Sequence record: MT446392.1
Origin: Escherichia virus TH15
Strand: one strand, 5' to 3'
Length of the DNA stretch: 64,000 bases
How positions within the stretch are numbered: the first letter of the stretch is position 1; each line of letters starts with the position of its first letter. Positions 1 to 9,242 of this stretch are shown piece by piece. A program made the translations under genes and the position numbers. The notes under the pieces are model-generated. The model worked only from the letters and a program-made list of their open reading frames with translations. It was not told the origin of the DNA and did not search any database.

Positions 1-72
1 ACTGTTTGTTCTGGATTGTTGCTCAAGAACAGTACCATCCGATTTGAATAAGGCCTTATTGCTTTAAAATAT

Positions 73-798
73 GTGACTTATAATACCTCCATGAACTTAA
101 AACAATTTATTGAAGAAAATCTTTTAACTAAAAATCCGAATAGACTAAACGGAAATTTATTTAAAAATGATTTAGAATTTGCAAAGAAATTTTGGGAAAA
201 ACATCCCGAGGAAGCAAATGCCTTTAGAGCAGAAGCACTGGAATGTCAGGGAGGTAAAAGAGAACAACATCCGTATAACGAGGTCTGTTATCGTATTTTA
301 CATGATATAAAAGGGAAAGTCCTGTGTAAGTGTGGCAAGCCTGTTAATTATCATACATTCGCGACCGGTTACCATGAATTTTGTTCAGTTAAATGCCAGG
401 GTGGTGGGGTATTTGAGGAAAAACGTATTTGCTCCATGTGTGATATTAAGTATACGGCGACTAATAGAACTCAAAAATATTGTTCAGATTCTTGTTGTCA
501 AAAGGCAAGGGATGCCAAATTGCTGGACTTATCATACAGTCATTCTATAAAGATGAAAAGACGGGATGTTCTGAAGTTAATTGAGGATACTCCGTATTGT
601 GAAATTTGTAAAATAAAACTAACAAACAATTCGTCTTCTTTATCAAAAAGCACTTGGTTCAATGTTGACCATTGTCACTCGACTGGTAAAGTCCGTGGTA
701 TTTTATGTTCAAAATGCAACATAGGACTAGGAATGTTTAAAGACAATATTGCTTCATTAGAAACCGCGATAGAATACTTGAAACAAAGCAAGGAATAA
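73..798 (+). CDS. Free-standing HNH endonuclease (endonuclease VII-type HNH motif, several Cys clusters)
   Basis: C-terminal motif VDHCHSTGKVRGILCSKCNIGLG resembles the T4 endo VII HNH core; multiple CxxC pairs. Track start 73 is GTG; first ATG at 91 has no clear SD. Confidence 0.6.
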   Translation: MTYNTSMNLKQFIEENLLTKNPNRLNGNLFKNDLEFAKKFWEKHPEEANAFRAEALECQGGKREQHPYNEVCYRILHDIKGKVLCKCGKPVNYHTFATGYHEFCSVKCQGGGVFEEKRICSMCDIKYTATNRTQKYCSDSCCQKARDAKLLDLSYSHSIKMKRRDVLKLIEDTPYCEICKIKLTNNSSSLSKSTWFNVDHCHSTGKVRGILCSKCNIGLGMFKDNIASLETAIEYLKQSKE

Positions 799-804
799 TT
801 GATT

Positions 805-2637
805 ATGATTGAAAATAAAATTGAAATGCTTTCAGATAAAGACCATTGTTTGAAACGTCCGGGAATGTACATAGGAAGTGTTTCATATGAAGAATACGAA
901 AGATTTTTATTTGGTGAATATACTAAAGTATCTTATGTGGCGGGTGTATTAAAACTAGTTGATGAGATTATTGACAACTCGGTTGATGAAGCTATACGTA
1001 CAAATTTCAAATTTGCCAATAAAATTTCCGTTGATATTTCTTTGACTGATAACAAAGTTACTGTTGAAGATAATGGCCGTGGTATTCCACAAGCTGTTGT
1101 CGTAACCCCAGAAGGGGAAGAATTGCCTGGACCGGTGGCGGCATGGACGAAAACCAAAGCGGGTGGGAATTTCGGTGATGACAAAGAACGTGTGACCGGT
1201 GGCCAAAATGGTGTGGGTTCAAGTCTTACTAATATTTTTTCAATCCTTTTTACGGGGACCACATCTGACGGTAAAAATGAGCTTCGTGTAAGTTGTTCAA
1301 ATAACGCCGATAATGTATCATGGAAAACCAAACCGACCAAATCCAATGGCACCAAGGTTGAGTTTATTCCAGACTTTAGCCATTTTGAAATGAACAGTTT
1401 TGATAAAATTTATCTGGATATTACTCTTGACCGTCTGCAGACTCTTGCTGTTGTTTATCCTGATATTGAATTCAAATTCAATGGTAAAAAGGTACAAGGT
1501 CAGTTTAAAAAGTTTGCTAAACAATATGATGATGAAATCATTATCCAGGAACAAGATAATTGCTCAATTGCAATCGGTCGGTCACCTGACGGATTCAGAC
1601 ATCTGACTTACGTCAACAACATCCACACAAAAAATGGTGGTCACCATATTGAATGTGTTATGGATGAAATGTGTGATGTGTTAATCCCAGCAATTAAACG
1701 CAAGTATAAAATTGAAGTAACCAAAGCACGCGTTAAAGAATGTATTACATTGTTGATGTTTATTCGCAATATGAAAAATATGCGGTTTGATTCCCAGACT
1801 AAAGAGCGATTGACTTCTCCGGCTGGTGAAATTAAATCACATATCCAGGTTGATGGCAAAAAGTTGGCGGGCTCGCTGTTAAAAACAGAAGCTATTCTGA
1901 TGCCCATTATTGAAGCTGCATTGGCTCGTAAATTGGCCGCAGAGAAAGCTGCAGAGACTAAGGCGAATAAGAAAGCTTCGAAGGCCAAGGTACAGAAACA
2001 TATCAAGGCTAACGAATGGGGCAATGACAAGCTGGAAACGACTCTGTTCCTGACCGAAGGAGATTCTGCAACGGGGCCATTCATCAAGGTTCGTGACCGT
2101 GAATTGCAAGGCGCTTATCCGTTACGCGGTAAGTTCAAAAACACATGGGGTCTGAAAGCTATTGAAGTTATGAAAAACGCAGAAGCCTTTGATGTGTGTG
2201 CGATTACTGGATTAACGATTGGACAACCAGCCGAGAATATGAATTACCGAAATATCGCTATCATGACAGATGCAGATGTGGATGGTGTTGGTAGTATCTA
2301 TCCATCGTTATTGGCATTTTTCAGTAACTGGCCGGAGCTGTTCCATGAAGGACGTATTCGCTTTGTGAAAACTCCTGTTATTATTGCACAACTCAAAGAT
2401 AAACAAGAATGGTTCTATTCTCTCCCTGATTATGAAGAAGCTAAGGATAAACTTCCAAAGCATACCATCAGATATATCAAGGGACTGGGTTCTCTGGAAG
2501 ATTCCGAGTACAAACGAGTATTACTCGAACCAGTATTCGAAGTTGTTCAATTACCTGACAACTGGAAAGAACTGTTCGAAATGCTTTTCGGTAAAGAACC
2601 GAAGCTGCGCAAAGATTGGATGAATGCGACGCTATAA
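805..2637 (+). CDS. 39: DNA topoisomerase II large subunit (gp39), uninterrupted
   Basis: N-terminus MIENKIEMLSDKDHCLKRPGMYIGS matches T4 gp39; GyrB-like motifs throughout; AGGA SD upstream. Track start 799 is TTG, trimmed to ATG 805. Confidence 0.9.
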   Translation: MIENKIEMLSDKDHCLKRPGMYIGSVSYEEYERFLFGEYTKVSYVAGVLKLVDEIIDNSVDEAIRTNFKFANKISVDISLTDNKVTVEDNGRGIPQAVVVTPEGEELPGPVAAWTKTKAGGNFGDDKERVTGGQNGVGSSLTNIFSILFTGTTSDGKNELRVSCSNNADNVSWKTKPTKSNGTKVEFIPDFSHFEMNSFDKIYLDITLDRLQTLAVVYPDIEFKFNGKKVQGQFKKFAKQYDDEIIIQEQDNCSIAIGRSPDGFRHLTYVNNIHTKNGGHHIECVMDEMCDVLIPAIKRKYKIEVTKARVKECITLLMFIRNMKNMRFDSQTKERLTSPAGEIKSHIQVDGKKLAGSLLKTEAILMPIIEAALARKLAAEKAAETKANKKASKAKVQKHIKANEWGNDKLETTLFLTEGDSATGPFIKVRDRELQGAYPLRGKFKNTWGLKAIEVMKNAEAFDVCAITGLTIGQPAENMNYRNIAIMTDADVDGVGSIYPSLLAFFSNWPELFHEGRIRFVKTPVIIAQLKDKQEWFYSLPDYEEAKDKLPKHTIRYIKGLGSLEDSEYKRVLLEPVFEVVQLPDNWKELFEMLFGKEPKLRKDWMNATL

Positions 2638-2679
2638 ATAGATGTGGGAGAATATTCTCCCGTCTTATAGGAGAAGTCC

Positions 2680-2832
2680 ATGAAAAAGTGGTGGGTTACG
2701 TTGTCAAATGGCGAATACGGTTATCTGTGGGCCGATACTAAACCCTTGTTTGCATCCTTTGTCACCATTATGTGTGAGACCTGGGATGGTGAATACTATA
2801 CCGCATATGGGCAAGTCTATAAAGTTGAGTAA
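2680..2832 (+). CDS. Small hypothetical protein (50 aa, Trp-rich)
   Basis: ATG preceded by AGGAG; flanked upstream by a perfect 16-nt palindrome and downstream by an intrinsic terminator. Confidence 0.3.
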   Translation: MKKWWVTLSNGEYGYLWADTKPLFASFVTIMCETWDGEYYTAYGQVYKVE

Positions 2833-2834
2833 CC

Positions 2835-2859
2835 AAAGGACCTTCGGGTCCTTTTTTAT
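2835..2859 (+). terminator. Intrinsic terminator (UUCG tetraloop hairpin plus T-run)
   Basis: aaaggaccttcgggtccttttttatt. Confidence 0.7.
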
Positions 2860-2907
2860 TATGTACAGGCCACAAAAATTGTGTTAAGATGTCCTTGAGG
2901 TGAAAAT

Positions 2908-3207
2908 ATGATTATGTCTGACGGAAGTTTAGTTAATCTGCAGAATGTCGCGCGATGCATTATGGAAGCTGGTCTGAGGAAGGTACAGGAGCTCCCAGAT
3001 AGCGACAGGAAGCGAAGTTACTTGTTGGCTGTAAGAACATCAGCCATGAGCATAAAGGATGGTCAGAAGGTCCCAGAGGAGCGAATTGAAGCACTCCTTG
3101 CATTGATATACCATGACCAAGAACATAAAGCTACCATGCGTAGTATGAGAAAAATATTGCAGGAGATTGGAAATGACGAACTTCAAAGTGAATCTGGAAC
3201 TGTTTGA
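2908..3207 (+). CDS. Hypothetical early protein
   Basis: ORF with GAGG SD; positional analogue of T4 rIIA.1-region ORFs. Confidence 0.4.
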   Translation: MIMSDGSLVNLQNVARCIMEAGLRKVQELPDSDRKRSYLLAVRTSAMSIKDGQKVPEERIEALLALIYHDQEHKATMRSMRKILQEIGNDELQSESGTV

Positions 3208-3376
3208 CAAGGTTGTCCATAAAGAATACCGTGTTATCCAACGATTTTTTGATATAAGAGAAGCTGAAGAGTTTAAAGAACGCTTCAAAGAAATCCGTAT
3301 TAAAATAGCTTCAGACACCGCAACAAAGGATGAACTTCTTGAAGTTGCAGACTTATTCAAACGTAATATAAAGTGA
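3173..3376 (+). CDS. Hypothetical protein (67 aa)
   Basis: ATG at 3173 with AGGAG SD 7 nt upstream (track start 3167 is TTG); overlaps previous ORF. Confidence 0.35.
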   Translation: MTNFKVNLELFDKVVHKEYRVIQRFFDIREAEEFKERFKEIRIKIASDTATKDELLEVADLFKRNIK

Positions 3377-3383
3377 GAAAAAC

Positions 3384-5618
3384 ATGATTTTAGAAACTGA
3401 AAAAGAAACAATCCTTGGTAATGGTGCCAAGGCATCAGCATTCACAATCCAGGCATCTCCAAAGGTGTTTAAGATTCTGACCAGCGACCTTTACACAAAT
3501 AAGGTGCGTGCAGTTGTTCGTGAGCTGATTACCAATATGATTGATGCTCATATGCTCAATGGCTGTCAGGATAAATTCATTGTTCAAGCTCCTGGTGAAC
3601 TGGACCCACGCTTTGTGTGTCGTGACTTTGGCCCAGGTATGAGTGATTTCCAGATTCGTGGTGATGAAAATACCCCAGGTCTGTATAACAGTTTCTTTGC
3701 ATCATCCAAGGCTGAATCCAATGATTTTATTGGTGGCTTTGGTCTGGGTTCTAAATCTCCGTTCAGTTATACAGAGACGTTTAGCCTGATTTCGTATCAT
3801 GATGGTCAAGTTAATGGTTATGTCGCTTATATGGATGGTGATGGTCCACAGATTAAGCCAACCTTTAGCGAACCAATGAAACCTGGCGACCGCACAGGGA
3901 TTGAAGTTGTTGTCCCGGTTGATAGTAATGATTTTGGTAAGTTCCGCCACGAGATTGCATATATCATGCGCCCATTTGCTGGACTGGCTGAAGTACAAGG
4001 CGTAGGCGAAATTAATTATTTCCCGGAATTTGATGATTATTATGCTCCAGAGCGTATTAATTATAGCAGCCCAGAACGTTATGGTCTTTATGCAATTTAC
4101 GGTGGAATTGTTTATCCAATTGCCGACGGTTATACAAAGAAAACCTGGATGACTGCCAAAAATGATGTTGTCTTTATTAAGTTCCCGATGGGTTCGTTGG
4201 ATATTGCGCCTTCTCGCGAAGCATTATCACTGGATAAACGTACGGTCGCAAATATCGTTGAACGTATTGAATCCCTTGATAAGAAAGTCATGGAAGATGA
4301 TTGTAAGAAATGGCAGGAATCAGAATGTATCCGCCACACGTATCGCGAATTACAGAGTCTGAGTTATGAAGCTCGTAATTTTCTGAAAGCTCGTAATGCT
4401 GAAACGAAATTTACGAAATCGCAATTGACCTTTAACCAGATGTATGAAATGTTCGAGCTGGACAAAGACCTTATTAATGCCGGGGTTGTCTATGATATCT
4501 ATAGCACTACCCGTCTGAAACGTCTGCGTAACTCAAGCTCGAACACGAATACTGCAAGCCTGACGAGCATGTTTGGTATTCAGAATAATACCTTGAACAT
4601 TGTTATTGACGATGCTAAAGGGCGAATTGCGATGATTCGGGGCATCAGTTCAATGCTGTATGACACCAGCGCGAAAGCCAAAAAGCTCAAAGCATCTGGT
4701 AAAGTCCCGACTGTACAAGGTAGTAGCCTATTGTTCGTTGACCCAACCAGCGAAATTCAAACACGTCTGATGGTTCAACTCCAGGAACGATTTAAAGGCG
4801 ATACAGTTAATATCTATCGTACGTCTGAACTGACTGCCCTTGTAAAAGATTGGATTCCGGTTGCGGACCCGAAAGAGCGTGTTAAGTCAAAGACTCCATC
4901 GGTGATTCGTTGGACTAAAACTAATGGTCGCTGGCAGGCTGTTGAAGAATTTACATGTGCAGCTGATGCAGAGGAAATCGATGGTTATGCTGTATTCATT
5001 AACCGCAGTAGCATTTCCCCGTTGAATCAGGATTATGGCGTCACGAACTTCGGGACCCAGACATTGTGCAAACTGGCGAATCTACTGGAAATCAATGAAT
5101 TCTGCGTTATTCGTCCACAGCTTCAGAAAAAGGTTACTAAGCTGGCGCAGTGTGATTGTTTGATTGAAGCTGCAGTCAATCGTTATGTGGAATTGATTGA
5201 TGCGGTTGATGCGGACCAGTACATTGCCGCTTCAAGCCGTTCGCGTTATTATATTCCTATCCTGTCTGAATATGCAGAACTGAATTTTATGTTCAAGTAT
5301 TTTTATGCAAAAGACGTTCAGAAAGATGTGAATACTGACTATGCCGAACTAATGCAGTTCAATAAGTTCTTTTCTTATAACGCATATAACAGCGGAACGG
5401 TTGACAAGACCATGCAGGAAACTCTGGTCCTTTGTAATAAGATTTATGACGACCTGACCAAAAACGCTTCAGTAACAAGCGATAAAATGGTTTTTGAATT
5501 TGAAAAGAATCACCCGATTGTTTCACACTTTTTATATAATCGTAACGCTATGTCAACTGAACAAGTACAGAACGTTGCTCAAATCATGAAGGCCGTGGAA
5601 GCGGCCAATAAGGAATAA
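3384..5618 (+). CDS. rIIA: rIIA membrane-associated protein (lysis-inhibition / Rex exclusion target)
   Basis: 744 aa versus T4 725 aa; position between 39 and rIIB matches T4 synteny. Confidence 0.85.
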   Translation: MILETEKETILGNGAKASAFTIQASPKVFKILTSDLYTNKVRAVVRELITNMIDAHMLNGCQDKFIVQAPGELDPRFVCRDFGPGMSDFQIRGDENTPGLYNSFFASSKAESNDFIGGFGLGSKSPFSYTETFSLISYHDGQVNGYVAYMDGDGPQIKPTFSEPMKPGDRTGIEVVVPVDSNDFGKFRHEIAYIMRPFAGLAEVQGVGEINYFPEFDDYYAPERINYSSPERYGLYAIYGGIVYPIADGYTKKTWMTAKNDVVFIKFPMGSLDIAPSREALSLDKRTVANIVERIESLDKKVMEDDCKKWQESECIRHTYRELQSLSYEARNFLKARNAETKFTKSQLTFNQMYEMFELDKDLINAGVVYDIYSTTRLKRLRNSSSNTNTASLTSMFGIQNNTLNIVIDDAKGRIAMIRGISSMLYDTSAKAKKLKASGKVPTVQGSSLLFVDPTSEIQTRLMVQLQERFKGDTVNIYRTSELTALVKDWIPVADPKERVKSKTPSVIRWTKTNGRWQAVEEFTCAADAEEIDGYAVFINRSSISPLNQDYGVTNFGTQTLCKLANLLEINEFCVIRPQLQKKVTKLAQCDCLIEAAVNRYVELIDAVDADQYIAASSRSRYYIPILSEYAELNFMFKYFYAKDVQKDVNTDYAELMQFNKFFSYNAYNSGTVDKTMQETLVLCNKIYDDLTKNASVTSDKMVFEFEKNHPIVSHFLYNRNAMSTEQVQNVAQIMKAVEAANKE

Positions 5619-5619
5619 T

Positions 5620-6594
5620 ATGTTTAATATCAAATGTATGTCTAAAGCCGAACAAGCTGATGTGGTCCAGATGTATTCAACGGGCAATTATACCCAGCCT
5701 GAATTGGCAGAATATTTTGCTGTGTCCGTTGACACCATTCGCCGCGTTTTGAAAAATGATAAAGAATCAAAATTAGCTAAAACCATTTCTGCATCACTGA
5801 AAGCAGCTGTTGGTGTGGCGATTAATGCTCCGGTGACAGTAACGGTTGAAGTTCCGGTTGTTGAAGATACAATCGGTGGAAGCCGCCCGGAAATCGTATG
5901 GAACGCATCGAGTAAATTCGTTTCCATCACTGAAGGCCGTACAGTCTGGAACGCAACAAAAGACCATAAACACTTTGATGATATTATTCAGGCATTGATT
6001 GAATTCCGTTATGAAGATGCTATTGAGTATATCTCAATCAAAGCCGCAGTGCAAAAATATGTGAAAGGTGATGTGCGTATCGAAGGCGGTAGTTTGTTCT
6101 ACCAGGGAATTGAACTGCGCTCTGGTCTGGTTACTCGTATCATCGATTCAATGCAAAATGGCGAAGACTTTGAATTCTATCTGCCATTCCTTGAGAATCT
6201 CCTTGAGAACCCGAGCGAGAAAGCCGTACAGCGTTTGTTTGACTTCCTGGTTGCGAATGATATCGAAATCACCGAAGACGGTCATTTCATCGCCTGGAAA
6301 ATGGTTCGTTCAACCTACAAAGATTGTCACTCAAACACATTCGACAACAGTCCTGGTCAATATGTTAAAATGCCACGCTCTCGTGTGAATGACAATGACG
6401 AACAGACCTGTTCAACCGGGCTGCACGTTTGTTCTAAAGGTTATATCGGAAGTGGTTTTGGTCATGGTGATGGGCGCATCGTATCCTGTAAAGTTCACCC
6501 GCGTGATGTTGTAAGCATCCCGGTGGATTATAACGATTCCAAAATGAGGGTTTGTGGTTACCTGGTTCTTGACGATGTAACTGAACAATTCTAA
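5620..6594 (+). CDS. rIIB: rIIB protein
   Basis: N-terminus MFNIKCMSKAEQADVVQMYSTGNYTQPELAE and C-terminal HPRDVVSIPVDYNDSKMR closely match remembered T4 rIIB. Confidence 0.85.
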   Translation: MFNIKCMSKAEQADVVQMYSTGNYTQPELAEYFAVSVDTIRRVLKNDKESKLAKTISASLKAAVGVAINAPVTVTVEVPVVEDTIGGSRPEIVWNASSKFVSITEGRTVWNATKDHKHFDDIIQALIEFRYEDAIEYISIKAAVQKYVKGDVRIEGGSLFYQGIELRSGLVTRIIDSMQNGEDFEFYLPFLENLLENPSEKAVQRLFDFLVANDIEITEDGHFIAWKMVRSTYKDCHSNTFDNSPGQYVKMPRSRVNDNDEQTCSTGLHVCSKGYIGSGFGHGDGRIVSCKVHPRDVVSIPVDYNDSKMRVCGYLVLDDVTEQF

Positions 6595-6627
6595 ATTAAT
6601 CGGGGCTTCGGCCCCTAATGAGGCTTT

Positions 6628-6825
6628 ATGTTAGGTTTCCAAGCACGTGTAGTTGAAGAATATGACCAACTGGTCCTAAAAATCAATGCTCTTGAAGAGT
6701 TTATTAAAGGTGGTATTTTTGAAACTCTTGATATCCGTCAACAAGGGTTACTGATTGCACAGCTGGATGCGATGGGTGCTTATGCTCATTGTTTAGCAGT
6801 TCGTATTTCTTATTTTGGTGAATAA
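6628..6825 (+). CDS. Hypothetical protein
   Basis: ORF with GAGG SD, directly after a GC hairpin downstream of rIIB. Confidence 0.3.
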   Translation: MLGFQARVVEEYDQLVLKINALEEFIKGGIFETLDIRQQGLLIAQLDAMGAYAHCLAVRISYFGE

Positions 6826-6828
6826 ATT

Positions 6829-7098
6829 ATGATTAAGCATTTCAATGTGTCAGACCGTGACATCAAAGTTTCAAATCTCCGGGGTCATCATTATGCAGGA
6901 ACAGTTTACTGTGGTAAGCTCATCAAGCATGAAGGTGATGTTCACTATGGCTGGTTGGAATGTGATGAAGTAGTTGTTGGGGAATTTCCTGACCCAGATT
7001 CTGATACATTTGATGCTAATGACCGTTTGTACTATGGCGAGCTTCATATCCGAGGAATCGTCGGTATCGATGAGGTTCAAGATGATTCAGAAGAGTAA
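6829..7098 (+). CDS. Hypothetical protein (acidic C-terminus)
   Basis: ORF of 89 aa, tightly packed after the previous ORF. Confidence 0.4.
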   Translation: MIKHFNVSDRDIKVSNLRGHHYAGTVYCGKLIKHEGDVHYGWLECDEVVVGEFPDPDSDTFDANDRLYYGELHIRGIVGIDEVQDDSEE

Positions 7099-7675
7099 AA
7101 CATGGGAGCATCTGAAAAAGATGCCCTCCTTTCTTTATACAAAGGAAGACTTAACACCCGAATCCATGCAAAAGATTGTAGACACTGCCAGGTATTCATT
7201 GCGTAAAGACCCAGCCCAGGACCGCGAGCAAGTCATGCAAAGATGTATGGTGGCTACAATGGCCGAACAAGCTATTGCCAAATGGACCTCCGGTTTCTTA
7301 TGTGGCGGCGATGAAGATTACAATAACCCGTTCTCTTTTGCATTCGATGTAGTCTCCCAGGAAGGGGTAAGAATCGAAGTTAAGACTCACCAATCTGGCT
7401 CCAAATGGATATCCGTGCATACTGGTCACCAGGGCGATTATCCACGTGGTTACGGAGTTAATCTTGGGCCCTTTATGCAACACAAGCTTGCTGACCTTAT
7501 GATTATGTTTAATGTAAAAGAGACTATCAAAGGTTATAGATTTAAACCAAAATTCCTTGCTGGACCTGGTGCTTTCGTTCCTGAGTCTGGACTTGTGCAG
7601 AAGTCACAAGGGGATGGCTGGTACCTCCGTTCTTGTTCAGAAGAAAAATTTCCCTATCACCGGTTTACAAGCTGA
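7082..7675 (+). CDS. Hypothetical protein; positional candidate for denB (endonuclease IV)
   Basis: About 197 aa from the internal ATG with GAGG SD; lies between rIIB and ndd where T4 carries denB (185 aa). Identity not verified by sequence. Confidence 0.4.
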   Translation: MIQKSKTWEHLKKMPSFLYTKEDLTPESMQKIVDTARYSLRKDPAQDREQVMQRCMVATMAEQAIAKWTSGFLCGGDEDYNNPFSFAFDVVSQEGVRIEVKTHQSGSKWISVHTGHQGDYPRGYGVNLGPFMQHKLADLMIMFNVKETIKGYRFKPKFLAGPGAFVPESGLVQKSQGDGWYLRSCSEEKFPYHRFTS

Positions 7676-7720
7676 ACCAACTGTGTAATAATGTCCTCAT
7701 ACCAACAAATGAGGACATTA
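7663..7720 (+). promoter_or_regulatory. Putative early promoter plus 12-bp SD-sequestering hairpin upstream of the ORF at 7723
   Basis: GTTTAC 7663-7668; AT-rich -10 near 7686-7691; perfect stem 7689-7700 / 7709-7720 containing GAGGA. Confidence 0.45.
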
Positions 7721-7722
7721 TC

Positions 7723-7998
7723 ATGGAACACGTTACTACTCATCACATCAAACAAATTCTTATTCAAGCACTCAAAAACAACAACATCAATTTTCCAACC
7801 CATGAAATTTTTGATGTGGTATTCAACGAAGTCCAGGGCCAAGTTGCATATTATGACGTTATCGTTTATCTTTCAGAATTTGAAGTCTACCACTTGACTG
7901 AAATCGCCTTCTATCTCTATCGCGGAACAGCAGATTTTACTGGGGTCGTGAATGCAGTTGGTGCATATAAAGAAGTTAAAGAACAAATGCACAATTAA
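7723..7998 (+). CDS. Hypothetical early protein
   Basis: ATG 3 nt after a 12-bp perfect hairpin that contains the GAGGA SD; track start 7633 is upstream of the predicted promoter. Confidence 0.45.
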   Translation: MEHVTTHHIKQILIQALKNNNINFPTHEIFDVVFNEVQGQVAYYDVIVYLSEFEVYHLTEIAFYLYRGTADFTGVVNAVGAYKEVKEQMHN

Positions 7999-8000
7999 TC

Positions 8001-8056
8001 AAAAAGTAGTGTACATCAGTATGGAGTCTATGTATAATGATTCCATACTGAGTTAC
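8001..8056 (+). promoter_or_regulatory. Early promoter cassette copy 1 (TGTACA -35, 17-nt spacer, TATAAT -10, conserved leader gattccatactgagttac)
   Basis: -35 at 8010-8015, -10 at 8033-8038; 9-bp inverted repeat (8018-8026 / 8042-8050) encloses the -10. Confidence 0.6.
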
Positions 8057-8072
8057 CAAACTGGAGAATAAA

Positions 8073-8228
8073 ATGAAACCTGCTCAATATGCAATGACTT
8101 TATACCTTGAAGTTAATGGCGATATTACTGAATTTTTTAAATTAATGCAACAGCGTGGTAAAAGTTTTGCAGTTACCGAGCGTCAATTTTACGCTTGCCG
8201 TAAAAATACATACAATCGTTACGCGTGA
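8073..8228 (+). CDS. Small hypothetical protein (51 aa)
   Basis: First ATG downstream of promoter cassette copy 1, with GGAG SD. Confidence 0.3.
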   Translation: MKPAQYAMTLYLEVNGDITEFFKLMQQRGKSFAVTERQFYACRKNTYNRYA

Positions 8229-8238
8229 GGAAAACAGA

Positions 8239-8505
8239 ATGGATATTAAATTATACTACGCCAAACACAAAGTTACAGGTATGGTTGTTGCCGCTATGTA
8301 TGATGCGTCAGGCGATGGTGATGATGTTACTACAGAATTGTCTCTTTCTGAATGTAAATTTCTTCGCCCGCTAGTTGCATCAAAGTGTGATTTAGAAAAG
8401 CTTATTGATGGAAAACTGGATAATGTTGATGGCATAGATATTCTTTATGACCTTCGCACTGCATTGCACAGGGGTCTGATTGAAATAAAAGAGGTGATAT
8501 TTTGA
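8239..8505 (+). CDS. Hypothetical protein (88 aa)
   Basis: Internal ATG with GAGGA SD; track start 8155 is probably not used. Confidence 0.4.
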   Translation: MDIKLYYAKHKVTGMVVAAMYDASGDGDDVTTELSLSECKFLRPLVASKCDLEKLIDGKLDNVDGIDILYDLRTALHRGLIEIKEVIF

Positions 8506-8596
8506 GCAGCAAAACCTGGTGCCTTATCTGGATGCTGTGTATCCCAGTAATTTGCGTTTGTTTTAGTTTATTATTAATGAAACTTGCATAAAAGAG

Positions 8597-8642
8597 TGTA
8601 CATCTCCAGTGGTTGTAGTATAATGAACCTATCAACTACTGG
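8597..8642 (+). promoter_or_regulatory. Early promoter with a hairpin whose 3' arm covers the SD
   Basis: TGTACA 8597-8602, TATAAT 8619-8624; inverted repeat ctccagt (8604-8610) / actggag (8636-8642) spans the -10 and the GGAG SD. Confidence 0.5.
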
Positions 8643-8650
8643 AGATGATT

Positions 8651-8767
8651 ATGAAAAAGTTACTTAAAGCCATTTGGAACATGTTTGTACTGTTTGTTGT
8701 CCTGAGCATTTTCCCAATTGTTTTTATGATTGACCATGTACGTGTTTACTTTAACTATTTCTTTTGA
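8651..8767 (+). CDS. Small hydrophobic peptide (38 aa, one predicted TM segment)
   Basis: ATG follows an early promoter and GGAG; hydrophobic core FVLFVVLSIFPIVFMI. Confidence 0.3.
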   Translation: MKKLLKAIWNMFVLFVVLSIFPIVFMIDHVRVYFNYFF

Positions 8768-8777
8768 GGAAAATATT

Positions 8778-8900
8778 ATGCGGTATAGTTCAAACTTTCA
8801 GAAATCCAATCGTCGCTTTGACTTTATGTTCAAGTTTATTGTGGCGATGATTATCCTGATTTTCATTGGTGCTATTGCAATGATTGGTTTCCAGGTCTAG
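8778..8900 (+). CDS. Small hydrophobic peptide (40 aa, one predicted TM segment)
   Basis: GAGGA SD; hydrophobic core FIVAMIILIFIGAIAMIGF. Confidence 0.3.
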   Translation: MRYSSNFQKSNRRFDFMFKFIVAMIILIFIGAIAMIGFQV

Positions 8901-8980
8901 ATTGCTGCTGAAGTGTTCACGCAAATCCAGGATAATGGTCTGAAGTCTGTTGTTGACGTAATTTGGAATGGAGCTAAGCA

Positions 8981-9226
8981 ATGAAACTTTTTAAAGACAT
9001 TGTAGTTGGTGAAAAATTTGTCCTTGGTAATGGTCAACAATTGATTCGCATTTCACCTTTGATGGATAACAGCGAGCGTCCTGTGCGCACTGAAAACTGT
9101 TTGGATTATCCTTTTTATCAGAAGCGTTTTGCAATTGAAAATAATACTGAGTGCTTCACAGTTGATGAACTGATGGAATCATCAGAAGAAGTTGACTTGT
9201 GGGATGGCGCGGTAGACCCTGAATAA
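8981..9226 (+). CDS. Hypothetical protein
   Basis: ORF with GGAG SD in the ndd-proximal hyperplastic region. Confidence 0.45.
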   Translation: MKLFKDIVVGEKFVLGNGQQLIRISPLMDNSERPVRTENCLDYPFYQKRFAIENNTECFTVDELMESSEEVDLWDGAVDPE

Positions 9227-9242
9227 AATTGAGGAAATCATT

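Noticed and set aside
2637-2910. Possible gene 60-type translational bypass (hop) element after gene 39
   Set aside because: Gene 39 already encodes the full-length subunit; the downstream 50-aa ORF has a normal start and stop and no take-off/landing codon pair was evident.
6601-6616. Hairpins ggggcttcggcccc (6602-6615) and ggggcgaaagcccc (47687-47700) as terminators
   Set aside because: Neither is followed by a U-run and each directly precedes an SD and ATG; more likely RNA-stability or processing hairpins than terminators, so not listed as terminators.
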